Numbered from the stretch's first letter, positions 1-12,100 are shown. The stretch: 33,284 nt of DNA from Nemertoderma westbladi (GCA_032718475.1 JAUCBJ010002369.1:1-33284); one strand, 5' to 3'. A program made the numbers and translations. The notes: a model not told the origin generated them from the letters alone.

Positions 1-320
1 TTATAATGAATCAATACCTGAATTAATTATGCAATGTTATAATGAATCAATACCTGAATTAATTATGCAATGTTATAATGAATCAATACCTGAATTAATT
101 ATGCAATGTTATAATGAATCAATACCTGAATTAATTATGCAATGTTATAATGAATCAATACCTGAATTAATTATGCAATGTTATAATGAATCAATACCTG
201 AATTAATTATGCAATGTTATAATGAATCAATACCTGAATTAATTATGCAATGTTATAATGAATCAATACCTGAATTAATTATGCAATGTTATAATGAATC
301 AATACCTGAATTAATTATGC
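1..320. repeat. 36-bp intronic minisatellite (TTATAATGAATCAATACCTGAATTAATTATGCAATG), ~9 copies, continues off the left edge
   Basis: Perfect 36-bp periodicity ending ~10-20 nt before the splice acceptor at 339; explains the MQCYNESIPELI pseudo-ORF. Confidence 0.95.
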
Positions 321-339
321 TGCGGTACAACTCCTACAG

Positions 340-680
340 AACAAGAACAACAACCTGCGTAACGATATTGAGTGTCACGAACCCCGGATCAACTCGGTGT
401 GCGACTCGGGACGGGAGCTGGCGGAGGAGAAACTCTGCGACCCGGAGCTCGTTGACGCGAAGATTTTCCAGTTGGAGACGGCGTGGAACGAGTTGAACGA
501 GGTGATCGGGGATCGCGACCGGAAGCTCGGAGAGTCCTTCGATGCACAGACTTACTTTGAGGACGCCAACGAGGCTGAACAATGGATGAGCGAGATGGAG
601 TTGTATTTTATGAGCGATGAGAAGGGGAGAGACGAGGCGTCCTGTCAGGGTCTGTTGAAGAAACAGACCAATCAGGAAAG
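340..680 (+). CDS. SPTBN1: Beta-spectrin coding exon (spectrin repeats); gene starts upstream of the window
   Basis: ctcctacAG acceptor at 339 and GTTAGT donor at 681. Translates NKNNNLRNDIECHEPRI...AQTYFEDANEAEQWMSEMELYFMSDEKGRDE...LLKKQTNQER, matching beta-spectrin AQQYYFDAAEAEAWMSEQELYMMSEEK. Symbol denotes a homolog; orthology not tested. Confidence 0.92.
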
Positions 681-2610
681 GTTAGTGTAGAAACAGACCA
701 ATCAGGACAGGTTTGTGTAGAAACAGACCAATTAGGAAAGGTTAGTGAGGATACAGACCAATCAGGAAAGGTTATTGTAGAAACAGACCAATCAGGACAG
801 GTTTGTGTAGAAACAGACCAATTAGGAAAGGTTAGTGAGGATACAGACCAATCAGGAAAGGTTGGTGTAGAAACAGACCAATTAGGAAAGGTTAGTGAGG
901 ATACAGACCAATCAGGAAAGGTTAGTGTAGAAACAGACCAATCAGGACAGGTTTGTGTAGAAACAGACCAATTAGGAAAGGTTAGTGAAGATACAGACCA
1001 ATCAGGAAAGGTTAGTGTAGAAACAGACCAATCAGGACAGGTTTGTGTAGAAACAGACCAATTTGGAAAGGTTAGTGAGAATACAGACCAATCAGGAAAG
1101 GTTGGTGTAGAAACAGACCAATTAGGAAAGGTTAGTGAGGATACAGACCAATCAGGAAAGGTTGGTGTAGAAACAGACCAATTAGGAAAGGTTAGTGAGG
1201 ATACAGACCAATCAGGAAATGTTAGTGTAGAAACAAACCAATCAGGAAAGGTTGGTGTAGAAACAGACCAATCAGGAAAGGTTGGTGTATAATCTGACCA
1301 ATCAGGACAGGTTTGTGTAAAAACAGACCAATTAGGAAAGGTTAGTGAGGATACAGACCAATCAGGAAAGGTTAGTGTAGAAACAAACCAATCAGGAAAG
1401 GTTGGTGTAGAAACAGACCAATCGGGGAAGGTTGGTGTAGAAACAGACCAATCAGGACAGGTTTGTGTAGAAACAGACCAATTAGGAAAGGTTAGTGAGG
1501 ATACAGACCAATCAGGAAAGGTTAGTTTAGAAACAGACCAATCAGGACAGGTTTGTGTAGAAACAGACCAATTAGGAAAGGTTAGTGAGGATACAGACCA
1601 GTCAGGAAAGGTTAGTGTAGAAACAGACCAATCATGACAGGTTTGTGTAGAAACAGACCAATTAGGAAAGGTTAGTGAGGATACAGACCAATCAGGAAAG
1701 GTTAGTGTAGAAACAAACCAATCAGGAAAGGTTGGTGTAGAAACAGACCAATCGGGGAAGGTTGGTGAGGATACAGACCAATCAGGAAAGGTTAGTGTAG
1801 AAACAAACCAATCAGGAAAGGTTGGTGTAGAAACAGACCAATCGGGGAAGGTTGGTGTAGAAACAGACCAATCAGGACAGGTTTGTGTAGAAACAGACCA
1901 AATAGGAAAGGTTAGTGAGGATACAGACCAATCAGGAAAGGTTGGTTTAGAAACAGACCAATTAGGAAAGGTTAGTGAGGATACATACCAATCAGGAAAG
2001 GTTAGTGTAGAAACAGACCAATCAGGACAGGTTTGTGTAGAAACAGACCAATTAGGAAAGGTTAGTGAGGATACAGACCAATCAGGAAAGGTTAGTGTAG
2101 AAACAGACCAATCAAGACAGGTTTGTGTAGAAACAGACCAATTAAGAAAGGTTAGTGAGGATACAGACCAATCAGGAAAGGTTGGTGTAGAAACAGACCA
2201 ATTAGGAAAGGTTAGTGAGGATACAGACCACTCAGGAAAGGTTAGTGTAGAAACAGACCAATCAGGACAGGTTTGTGTAGAAACAGACCAATCAGGAAAG
2301 GTTGGTGTAGAAACAGACCAATTAGGAAAGGTTAGTGAGGATACAGACCAATCAGGAAAGGTTAGTGTAGAAACAAACCAATCAGGAAAGGTTGGTGTAG
2401 AAACAGACCAATCAGGAAAGGTTGGTGTATAATCTGACCAATCAGGACAGGTTTGTGTAGAAACAGACCAATTAGGAAAGGTTTGTGAGGATACAGATCA
2501 ATCAGGAAAGGTTAGCGTAGAAACAAACCAATCAGGAAAGGTTGGTGTAGAAACAGACCAATCGGGAAAGGTTGGTGTAGAAACAGACCAATCAGGAAAG
2601 GCCTAGAAAG
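661..2610 (+). repeat. 30-bp minisatellite (AAACAGACCAATCAGGAAAG|GTTAGTGTAG), ~65 copies, amplified from the exon end and 5' splice site
   Basis: First unit is the last 20 nt of the exon plus the first 10 nt of the intron; variant units alternate in higher-order patterns. Confidence 0.95.
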
Positions 2611-2855
2611 TTTCGTTTAGAAACAGACCCTTCGGGAAAGGTTAATGTGATGTGGGGGGGGGGGGGGGGGGGTAGGGCAAATTGACCAATCAGTAAAGGC
2701 CTTTAAAGGTTAGTTTAGAAACAGACCCTTCGGGAAAGGTTAATGTTATGTGGGCGGGGGGGGGGGGGGGGGGGGTAGGGCAAATTAGACCAACCAGGAA
2801 ATAATAATTTTAAATAAAAATGTTTTTTTTTCACTGATTCATTCTTTATTATCCA

Positions 2856-2924
2856 TCACCGATATGATGATACATTTCAAGACGGGTCTGACATTTTTGA
2901 TGTTTTTGATTATCTGATCGGTGA
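2856..2924 (+). ncRNA. Box C/D snoRNA, SNORD21/U21-type guide for 28S rRNA 2'-O-methylation (copy 1)
   Basis: Terminal stem TCACCGA/TCGGTGA; box C ATGATGA 2864-2870; antisense TTTCAAGACGGGT then D' CTGA 2888-2891; C'-like TTGATGT; box D CTGA 2914-2917. Guide is complementary to conserved LSU rRNA ACCCGTCTTGAAA. Confidence 0.88.
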
Positions 2925-3113
2925 CTTTTATCAGAGTATGATTGATTAGAGTAAGGCATTCACTACCTCATGCAAATTTTCTTACAATTCGTCATACTTG
3001 CCTCACTCACATCACCCAGTAGTACCCTGTTAACACCGCCACATCACTGCTGCATGTAGAACTACCAGCCATTTCTAGTGGAATGCAGCATTCTACAAGT
3101 CTGTATACAAGTA

Positions 3114-3352
3114 AACAGACCAATCAGGAAAGGTTAGTGAGGAAACAGACCAATCAGGAAAGGTTATGGTAGAAACAGATCAATCAGGAAAGGTGAGTGA
3201 GGAAACAGACCAATCAGGAAAGGTTAGTGTAGAAACAGACCAATTAGGAAAGGTTGGTGTAGAAACATACCAATCAGGAAAGGCTAGTGAGGAAACAGAC
3301 TAATCAGGAATGGTTGTTGTAGAAACAGACCAATCTGGTAAGGTTATTGTGA
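3114..3352 (+). repeat. Second block (~8 copies) of the 30-bp exon-junction minisatellite, followed by poly-G
   Basis: Same AAACAGACCAATCAGGAAAGGTTAGTG unit; ends in GTGATGTGG-polyG like the first block. Confidence 0.9.
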
Positions 3353-3727
3353 TGTGGTGGGGGGGGGGGGGGGGGGGGGGGGTGATAGTGCATGTATATA
3401 GACCAATCATGAAATAATATTTTTAGTATACAACAACTATTACTTTACCTTTATTACTTTACCTGTTACCTTTACTATTACTACTAAATATAGTGATAAC
3501 CAAAATTAACACAACCAAATTAAATATATAGAAAGAGTTGATCGATAGAGTATTTCAGTATTTTATGTTATTCATTAGTTTATATGGATCTCAACCGCTC
3601 GACTATGGGCTATAGTATTGTGTCGTTATGTCTCGTCCACGAAGACCGGCCCCGTCGCCAAACCCAAGTCCACGCCAAGATATTTTTAATATGTGTTTTT
3701 TTTCACTGATTCATTCTTCATCATCCA

Positions 3728-3796
3728 TCACCGATATGATGATACATTTCAAGACGGGTCTGACATTTTTGATGTTTTTGATTATCTGATCGGTGA
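3728..3796 (+). ncRNA. Box C/D snoRNA, SNORD21/U21-type (copy 2, identical to copy 1)
   Basis: Same stem, boxes and guide; lies in a ~175-bp duplicated block (~2820-2995 vs ~3692-3867). Confidence 0.85.
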
Positions 3797-3861
3797 CTTT
3801 TATCAGAGTATGATTGCTTAGAGTAAGACATTCACTACCTCATGCAAAATTTCTTACAAAT

Positions 3862-4114
3862 CGTAATAAACTAATAATAAAAACGAGTACAACCGCTGAA
3901 ATTATATCGGACCCAATTCAAATTACGGAAATATTCAATGAACACTTTTCAACCATCGGAACCAAACTCCACAGTACTCTACCGACTTCTCCATCACGCT
4001 TTCCCTTACGCTATTTTTCCAATACTAGGGCCAACTCTTTCGCCTTAACTGAAACCTCACCAATAGAAATACAGTACCGCATCATCAATCTAAAAGTAAA
4101 ATGTAGCTCCAACG
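3862..4114 (+). pseudogene. Old LINE (CR1/L2-like) ORF2 fragment, 5' part, interrupted by the Foldback-like insertion
   Basis: Translates SDPIQITEIFNEHFSTIG...NSFALTETSPIEIQYRIINLKVKCSSN, typical of the pre-RT region of LINE ORF2; continues in frame at 15829. Confidence 0.8.
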
Positions 4115-5220
4115 CGGTCAGAGTAAAACGCGGATCCGGATCAGGATCCGGATTCTATCATTTAACATTGTCCCTATGGAAGTCGACTGAATTTACATTT
4201 TTAGGGTGTAATCTGCGGATCCGTGCACTGCTAAATTTACCGAATCCGTAACCGAGTGTAAAATGCGGATTGGCCTTTTTTTCAGATCCGGAACGGAGTG
4301 TAAAGCGCGGATTCATGTTTTAGGCTAAATCCTGAACGGAGTGTAAAACGCGGATTCATTTTTCTACTGAATCCGGGATTGGGTGTAAAATACGGATTCA
4401 GGTTTATTACAAAGTTTTATTAAATCCGGGAAGGGGTGTAAAACGCGGATTCAAGTTAATTACCATGTTTTATTGGATCCGGGAAGGGGTGTAAAACGCG
4501 GATTCTAGTTAATTACCAAGTTTTATTGGATCCGGGAAGGGGTGTAAAACGCGGATTTACGTTAATTACTAAGTTTTATTGGATCCGGAATGGAGTGTAA
4601 AACACGGATTTACGTTAATTATCAAGTTTTATTGGATCCGGAATGGAGTGTAAAACACGGATTTACGTTAATTACTAAGTTTTATTGGATCCGGAATGGA
4701 GTGTAAAACACGGATTTACGTTAATTATCAAGTTTTATTGGATCCGGAATGGAGTGTAAAACGCGGATTCAAGTTAATTACCATGTTTTATTGGATCCGG
4801 GAAGGGGTGTAAAACGCGGATTCTCGTTAATTACCAAGTTTTATTGGATCCGGGAAGGGGTGTAAAACGCGGATTTGCGTTAATTACTAAGTTTTATTGG
4901 ATCCGGAATGGAGTGTAAAACACGGATTTACGTTAATTACCAAGTTTTATTGGATCCGGAATGGAGTGTAAAACACGGATTTACGTTAATTATCAAGTTT
5001 TATTGGATCCGGAATGGAGTGTAAAACGCGGATTCAAGTTAATTACCATGTTTTATTGGATCCGGGAAGGGGTGTAAAACGCGGATTTACGTTAATTACC
5101 AAGTTTTATTGGATCCGGAACGGAGTGTAAAACACGGATTTATGTTAATTACCAAGTTTTATTGGATCCGGGAAGGGGTGTAAAACGCGGATTCAAGTTA
5201 ATTAGTAAGTTTTAATGAAC
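4115..5220 (+). repeat. Left arm of Foldback-like element: 53-bp tandem array (GGATCCGGAATGGAGTGTAAAACACGGATTTACGTTAATTACCAAGTTTTATT)
   Basis: 53-bp period (e.g. GGATCC at 4581 and 4634); inverted relative to 14645-15819. Confidence 0.92.
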
Positions 5221-6064
5221 AATTTATAAAACGCATATGCAATAAAGACCCAGACCCTCATCTAGTTACAATTATTAATTAGTACAATGTTTATTGTTCT
5301 TTAGTAACTTTTCTTGGCTTGCTGACTTTCTTGGTTTTTTTCTTCTCCGGACTCGGGGTGCACGATGTTTGGGTAGTGAGTTCAAGCGGCTCAACAATGG
5401 CTGAATCATTGGTTGGACTCGGAATAACGAATCCCGTAAATGGAACCTTTACAAAGTCATCACTGTCATCCATGTTTAATAAGAAATTAAATAAGAAATT
5501 ATACTGAACAGTTCAGCCTCCATAAATTAGGAAGGCAGCAAGCTTGCAAGGCCTTAAATATTATTATTATTATTTGATTTAATTCGCACGAGGCGACAAT
5601 ACAGGGTAAATGTAAATAAAAATGCACGCAAATGCACAATAAAACAGCTGGCTAAAAATATAAAGTATGTGATTAAAATATCATAGAGGTGGCTGAAGAA
5701 TACAAGGAGTTAGTTGTCAGTCGCCACTCGTGGACACAATTACTTTGCATGCAAAAACTGTGTACTGAATAGTTCAAATGATTTAGAGCATTACCGGACA
5801 ATGAGCAATACGCAATACAATAAATAACAATATATAATTAACGATTGAAATCTGATCCAAGTTTTAAATATTACAACGGTACATCCCTGTGGTTGTAGTC
5901 AATATTATAAATTGATATTATTACATCGAGCAGAGGAAATTGACACAATTGTAAAATAAATATATAATCAATGAAGGCAACATTATGTTATAATCAATAT
6001 AGTGTATGGAAAAGAGTATGCTGTCACTGAGAGTACATAAAAAAATAAAACATTGCCGTTTGTA

Positions 6065-9000
6065 CTATGAAATGTTGAAAAAACTTAGGATACGTTCATG
6101 CTTATCAGTGAAAGTACCGGATGAGTAATAGCAGCTGCGAATAAAATTGAGTTGAAATGTCTCTAGATATGTGAGTTGGTCAGGTTGTAATCTCTCTTTC
6201 AATGAACGCATACTGTAGCTGTAACTCAGTAATGATGACAGACGTGGCAGTGGGAAAGTACATCTACACGCATCATAGGTCGAGCCGAGACCAACATAGC
6301 GGCGGTTACCGGCCATTGTATCATTTAAGCAAACCCCCAGCAGAGCTTGTAAAATTATATTAGGGCAATAACGAGACCTCAGTATAGTCCCAACACATAG
6401 TTGATATGCTATTGTGGATATGGGATGGCAGCCTAAAATGTTGTATACAATGTTGTTGTCAACGTAGGAACCAATATGCAGGAGACCACGCAATGCCTTG
6501 CGGTAGTGAACATCAACCTTCTCAATGGCAACCTTACTGAGTGCCCCTATGTTGAATTTCAGACTATACGAAATAGATGGGACGGCAATAGTTCGCCACA
6601 GATAGGAAATAGTATCAATGTCGATGTTGCGGACTGTCCAACCTTTCCGATGGAACATATCTGAGAGTATCGAGATTGTCTGGATACAGTCTTTATGGAG
6701 GTTTGAGTTGGGTGCGGATAATAAATTGAATCCAAGGAAAACAAACGTAGGACTTTCGCTTATTAGAGTACCGCCTGCGTTAATAAAGCAAGGTATCGGT
6801 GCAGTGGTAGTCCCAATTCCACGATGACAGATCCATTTTGTCTTGCTATGTTCGACATGAAGTTTCAGATCATTTAGTACATCAATAAGGCGAGCAACAA
6901 GTGTCTCAAGTTTGGCAGCTGTGTCGGCGCAAAGAAGAAAATCGTCGGCATAAGCCACGATACCAAGCCACATCAAAGTTATATTGAACCCAGCGCCATC
7001 ATCATTCATATTGTGTAGCGCATCTTTAGTATACAACAAAAATAATAAGGGTGATAATAAGGATCCTTGTTTGACTCCTTTGATTAGGTGTATCCCATCG
7101 CTATCAATGTAGTCGCCAAATTTCAGGAATGCCATTGTGCATGTATAGTAAGTGTATAGAGCAAAACATATATGCGGATTAATGTGTTGTAACAACTTGC
7201 GGAACAATAATATATGGTCAACATTATCAAAGGCCCCTTTGATGTCGATCTGGCATAGAAAAACCGATTTACCACTCGATCGCTGTGCTTCAAGGAATTC
7301 AAGGATACACCCAATTATTATGTCCGAACCAATCTTGCGTTGGTATGCGAATTGAGAGCCAGGTATGAATTCAGGTATTGATAAAAATTCGGCCAGTACC
7401 ACAGATTCAAAAATCTTTCCTAAGCAACTGACTGTTGAAATAGGGCGATATGACTTGGCCAGAAGAGGATCCCGACCTTTTCCTTTATGAAGACTGGTGA
7501 TAATAGTGTGCCCGAAGAGTTCTGGCACTCCTAACCTAAAACAGCCATTGAATATATCGGCGAGAGCCTGATAAGTGTAGTCAGAGTTTAAACAAAGAAA
7601 GTGTTCTGCCACTAATGAAAATGCATCTTGAGATTTACCTCGTGAGAGAGATGCCATAGCTCTTTTCACAGTGAGAGCAGATATTACAGGAGCAGTTGTG
7701 GTTGAGCAACGATCATGCAACTCCTGAACAAACTCGGTTCTAGACTGATCATACAAATCGTTCTTGAAGTGGGTATCGTGGAGGTCTTTACGGATCGCTT
7801 CTTGAGCAAGCTCAGGCGGGGTGTGGACAGACTTGGCTTTGAAAAAATTCCAAAAATTACGTGGATTGCTCTTCATGTTCCCCACCCTCCTCTTAATATT
7901 ATCGGTGACAATTGACTTTGAAAGCCAGTTCTTTAAGCGTTTAAGTGATCGTCGAGATTCTGTAAATGCTGCTCCAAACTTACAGTCTTCTTTCTTGCCA
8001 TTCATGGTCCATAACCAGTGTAACTTACTGCACGTTTTTGATCTGTCATGCAAAACAGCTGATCGAATCCGTAAGTTTCTACTTAATTTACTGCGTTTAG
8101 GGCACTTGGGTAAGTGGATATTGGCAGCAGTTATAATTATTTCTTGAAATCGAACAACGAATTCATATAACTCCAAGCCTGTCCAGTGTATTGCTGGTCC
8201 CCGGGTAGATTCATATAATGTATTCAGCTGATTCTGAATGTCCTTCTCATAATTAAGGATATGATATTCTTGTACCCTGTTCCAAGCTACTTTAGGTGAA
8301 ACCCTTGTCTTCTTAATATTATGTGCATCGACTTTGGGTGATGATGAGGTTGTGGTTGGAAAACTAAAGACAGCAGTTATTGGTACATGATCTGAAAATA
8401 GATACATGTCCTGATCATGTATCACTCCAACAAGTAAATTATTGTAAGTATGCTTACTAATTAGAAGGTGGTCTATGTATGAAGTTCCATTACCCCTGTA
8501 AGTAATACAAGGTCCTGAAAACTTTGGAAGAGTGTCAGCGACGACAAGGTTATTGTTCAGAGCAAAAGTATTTAGCCTTTTTCCACGCTTTGTTGCCTTG
8601 TCCCTGCAGTGTCGGGGTCCTTGCAAACGGCCAACATCTGAATTTGTGTCACCTAGAATAAACGGGATTGCGAAAGAGTGTAGGTTGATTATGTTCGTAA
8701 GGCGTGAAAGGAAGTCCTCATATAAATTGTCATCTTTGGAGGCATCTGGAGCATAACAACTGATGAATATGATATTTGGGCCAAACACATCAGAACATTT
8801 AGGGGAAGCCTCGAAACCAATAATGTCATCAGAGCTGTAAATGGCACTAACGTGATGAAATAGATCCCTCCTGAACCATAAACATACACCGCCTGAACCA
8901 CGTACCCGATTGGGATTCTGCATTAGTGATCCGATGCTGAAGAGGCAGATAAATTCATTATTTAAATTAGGCAAAAGTAGTTTGGCCTCCAAATCGTCTA

Positions 9001-9112
9001 GCCAGTGTTCCTGCACTGCGAGTATATCAAGGTCAGTTAGAAGCTGAGCTACCTCATCCATACTGGACTTGATACCATGACAGTTGTAGGAACCTATACG
9101 TATATTAAGCAT
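6065..9112 (-). CDS. LINE ORF2: apurinic-like endonuclease + reverse transcriptase (first ATG 9112; frame open from 9172)
   Basis: APE motifs SYNCHG, AVQEHWL, GDTN, YIDHLL, SDHVPI; RT motifs YRPIS, QFAY, DIKGAFDNV, GVKQGSLLSPLLF, YADD, FLG; no stops over ~1015 codons. Confidence 0.95.
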   Translation of the reverse strand: MLNIRIGSYNCHGIKSSMDEVAQLLTDLDILAVQEHWLDDLEAKLLLPNLNNEFICLFSIGSLMQNPNRVRGSGGVCLWFRRDLFHHVSAIYSSDDIIGFEASPKCSDVFGPNIIFISCYAPDASKDDNLYEDFLSRLTNIINLHSFAIPFILGDTNSDVGRLQGPRHCRDKATKRGKRLNTFALNNNLVVADTLPKFSGPCITYRGNGTSYIDHLLISKHTYNNLLVGVIHDQDMYLFSDHVPITAVFSFPTTTSSSPKVDAHNIKKTRVSPKVAWNRVQEYHILNYEKDIQNQLNTLYESTRGPAIHWTGLELYEFVVRFQEIIITAANIHLPKCPKRSKLSRNLRIRSAVLHDRSKTCSKLHWLWTMNGKKEDCKFGAAFTESRRSLKRLKNWLSKSIVTDNIKRRVGNMKSNPRNFWNFFKAKSVHTPPELAQEAIRKDLHDTHFKNDLYDQSRTEFVQELHDRCSTTTAPVISALTVKRAMASLSRGKSQDAFSLVAEHFLCLNSDYTYQALADIFNGCFRLGVPELFGHTIITSLHKGKGRDPLLAKSYRPISTVSCLGKIFESVVLAEFLSIPEFIPGSQFAYQRKIGSDIIIGCILEFLEAQRSSGKSVFLCQIDIKGAFDNVDHILLFRKLLQHINPHICFALYTYYTCTMAFLKFGDYIDSDGIHLIKGVKQGSLLSPLLFLLYTKDALHNMNDDGAGFNITLMWLGIVAYADDFLLCADTAAKLETLVARLIDVLNDLKLHVEHSKTKWICHRGIGTTTAPIPCFINAGGTLISESPTFVFLGFNLLSAPNSNLHKDCIQTISILSDMFHRKGWTVRNIDIDTISYLWRTIAVPSISYSLKFNIGALSKVAIEKVDVHYRKALRGLLHIGSYVDNNIVYNILGCHPISTIAYQLCVGTILRSRYCPNIILQALLGVCLNDTMAGNRRYVGLGSTYDACRCTFPLPRLSSLLSYSYSMRSLKERLQPDQLTYLETFQLNFIRSCYYSSGTFTDKHERILSFFNIS

Positions 9113-9161
9113 TTCAGAAGCCTCTTGACATGTGCTGCTGCTGGGCTGCCTGGATGATGGG

Positions 9162-12100
9162 CTAAACACAGTTCATAAAGTTCCGATCAAGGTTACAATC
9201 GCATATGCGTGCACCATCATCACTAAAGTGAGCTGAATTGTAATCTACAAAGTTACTTGAGGTATATGAATTATATGGGTGATTTGGTGAATTGTGAGTG
9301 TATTGATCAAATCTGCCATATTCTGCTGAATCACTTGTATTCACAGCATGCGGATCAAAGTCATGAGTGTTGCAATATTCGCCATTGTTATGAGCTGAAG
9401 CATTAGTGTTTGCATTATTGTTGGAAGTGTTCCGATGATCAAAATTGGGGGAGCATCCGCCATAACCACGTAATTGATTAGAGTTATTGTTGTATGCATA
9501 ATTTCTTGAGGTGTAGTGATCACTATCCGATTGTGCTGAGACCTCACCATTAGCATAGCGATTGGAAGTACGTCGATTAAAGCAATGAGATCCTCGGCCA
9601 TCACCACCAAGTTGAGCTGAGTAATCATTAATACCATGACTTTTTTGAGTGTTCCGATCTTTGACATATGGATGTCGTTGATAATCGCCCAGATGTGCTG
9701 AGTCAACAATGTTTCCACAGTTCTTGGAAGCATGATGATTGAAGTTTTGATAGTTATGATAGTGGTGGCACTCGCTACCAGATTGAGTGTTGAATCCTAT
9801 TTCATGTGTGTTAGGCATATGATGTGTATTGCGTAAAGAAGAACATCGCCAAAGTCGGCAGCGCACACCGGGTGGCCAGAAATTTGTTTCAAGAACTTTG
9901 TCCTCATTGAAAGCATCAACAGTGACTCGCATATTGATAGTTCCAAGAACTTTGTTGTAAGTAATAATTTTTATGCGATGGGATATTATGTTCCTGGCTT
10001 TTAAGTAATGTGTGACCTCATCTATGTTATATTTGCGTTTTACGCCAGTTATATACAGGTGAGAGTAAGGATACTGGAGTGTGTCCTCTGACTCGTAATT
10101 GGTAAGATGTTGTGTTCCATGAGTAGATGTATTAATTTTAGATGAGGCACCAAATGCACGCGGATATGATTTAGTGCTAAGCCGGGATGTCTCAGAAGTA
10201 AATTGCATTGGCTTTGATATACTCAAAATTTCACTAGAGAATTTGGTGTCCTTCGGTGCAGTAGGCTTGTTAATCAGACCACTTGATGGAATTGATGTGG
10301 TTTTGCAATTGGGTGGGACAGGATCGGGGCTAAACGTGGTAGAGCAAGTAGAATCAGATGATGATTCAGTAACGATTTGTGGATCCTTGTGATCCTTCTC
10401 TTGATTCATAGATGTTGCCTTATTATTGCTACAATGCCTTTTTAGTTTCCTAGTTTTTTTTTTCGTTGGAACTTTCTGGAATTTTTGTAAATTCTGTTGC
10501 TGAGAATTAGGCAGTAGATCGCATGATCTATTGACAGATTTTTGATTTTGTGAATTAAGGGCGCAATCGTCATTTGAAGAACTTGCTGCGTCAATTATTA
10601 AATAATTGTCAAGGTTAACGTCTCCCCTTCTGAGAGAAATGGGGGAGAAAGGTACAAAGTCAGTTGTGGATGGTTCTCTGTTCTGTTTTACTTTGGTAAT
10701 TTCCTCTAACTCTGCCTCCAGGACAATCCTAGAATGTCTTTCTTGACTAAGTTCATCCCGCAGGTTACGAATTTCTAGCTTCATGGTCTCATTGTTATTT
10801 TCGACAATGGTAATCCTAGTTTGAAGTAGTTCAGTGCAGGATATCAATTCATGTTTCAGTAGATCATACCCGTTGCTAGAACTGCTGGAACTATTGGAGT
10901 GAGAGTTACAACTAAGCCTCAATCTTTTTCTGCATGACGCTGTGAAAATACCCTCTTTGAGACAAGTCATCAACTCGAAAATATCAGTAGAAAGTTCCCT
11001 CTTTAATGTACGGGGGAGTAACTCCAAGGATGCAGCTTGAGTGGGTTTCATTAATGGTTTGACATCACAGAACAGTCTATCACGGAGGGCAGATATGACA
11101 GGAGTTTCTACTGAACCCAAGGTCTTGATGGTAGTACTCTTATGAACATTAAGCAATGAAGAAAGATCATACTCTGAGTATGTTGGAAAAGAATCAGCAT
11201 CCATGTTACGTGGATTTATGTACACATCATCAGTATTCATCTTGAGAGATTCTAATGTCTCACGTATCCATTGCCTTGCTAAGAGGCTGTCTTTATAAAA
11301 GTCTGGTAATGCCTTCTTACCCAAAGCAATCGCAACAGCATACAAACATGTAAACACACCACAGTCATAAGTATTTTTTTGAACAGGAAATCCATATTTG
11401 GAAGCTGATACTCCCCACCTCTTGACATGGCTCTCAAGATCCGGCTTACAAGGGTTTGGGCTGAGTCTATCCACTTCATTTAAAATATAACTGATGCGCC
11501 TTGACACGGCTGAAGGCCTTGTTGAACCCATAGAACATAACCTGGTGATTGTTTTGGTTGTTGTATCACCGACATGGAGAACAAAATGTGAGTTTGAGCA
11601 CTCTGGAAAGAAAATAAATTGCACTGGGTGCTTAACAATCAAGTATTTAAATGCATATTGAGCTGCTGTGTATGTATCAAACTTTTTATGCTGTAATTTT
11701 TGGGTTAGGACACTTGATATCCACACTGAATTCTGACAGTGGCGTTCCAGTATTCCTAAAAAACCATCAACAACATTGTCACTGAGCCACTGAGAAGTAT
11801 TTAGAGTGGTACAGTCATTAGCTGTTGGCAAAACAATGTCAGTATAACGTGATGAATCACTGATATTAAGGTGGTCAGTCATGAATTTTCTAGTCATGAT
11901 GTCAATTTGATCAGTGGACTTTCCATTTGATTGGGAGGAGACTGGATAAACCTCAATATCAGTAATATTGTCAAGTATATTGGGAATAGAATTAGTTCCA
12001 GTCTTAAGTAAAGGGGTTGGAGATGTATAATTATCAGTATTCTGGGCTATCTCTATAACCTCAGCCTTACTACTATTGATGTAAGCACCAAGATCATGTA

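Noticed and set aside
29-496. ORF with MQCYNESIPELI repeats
   Set aside because: Translation of the 36-bp intronic minisatellite running out of frame into the spectrin exon.
661-5220. Regular repeat arrays as possible CRISPR arrays
   Set aside because: Units are head-to-tail with no unique spacers, there are no cas genes, and the context is a eukaryotic intron.
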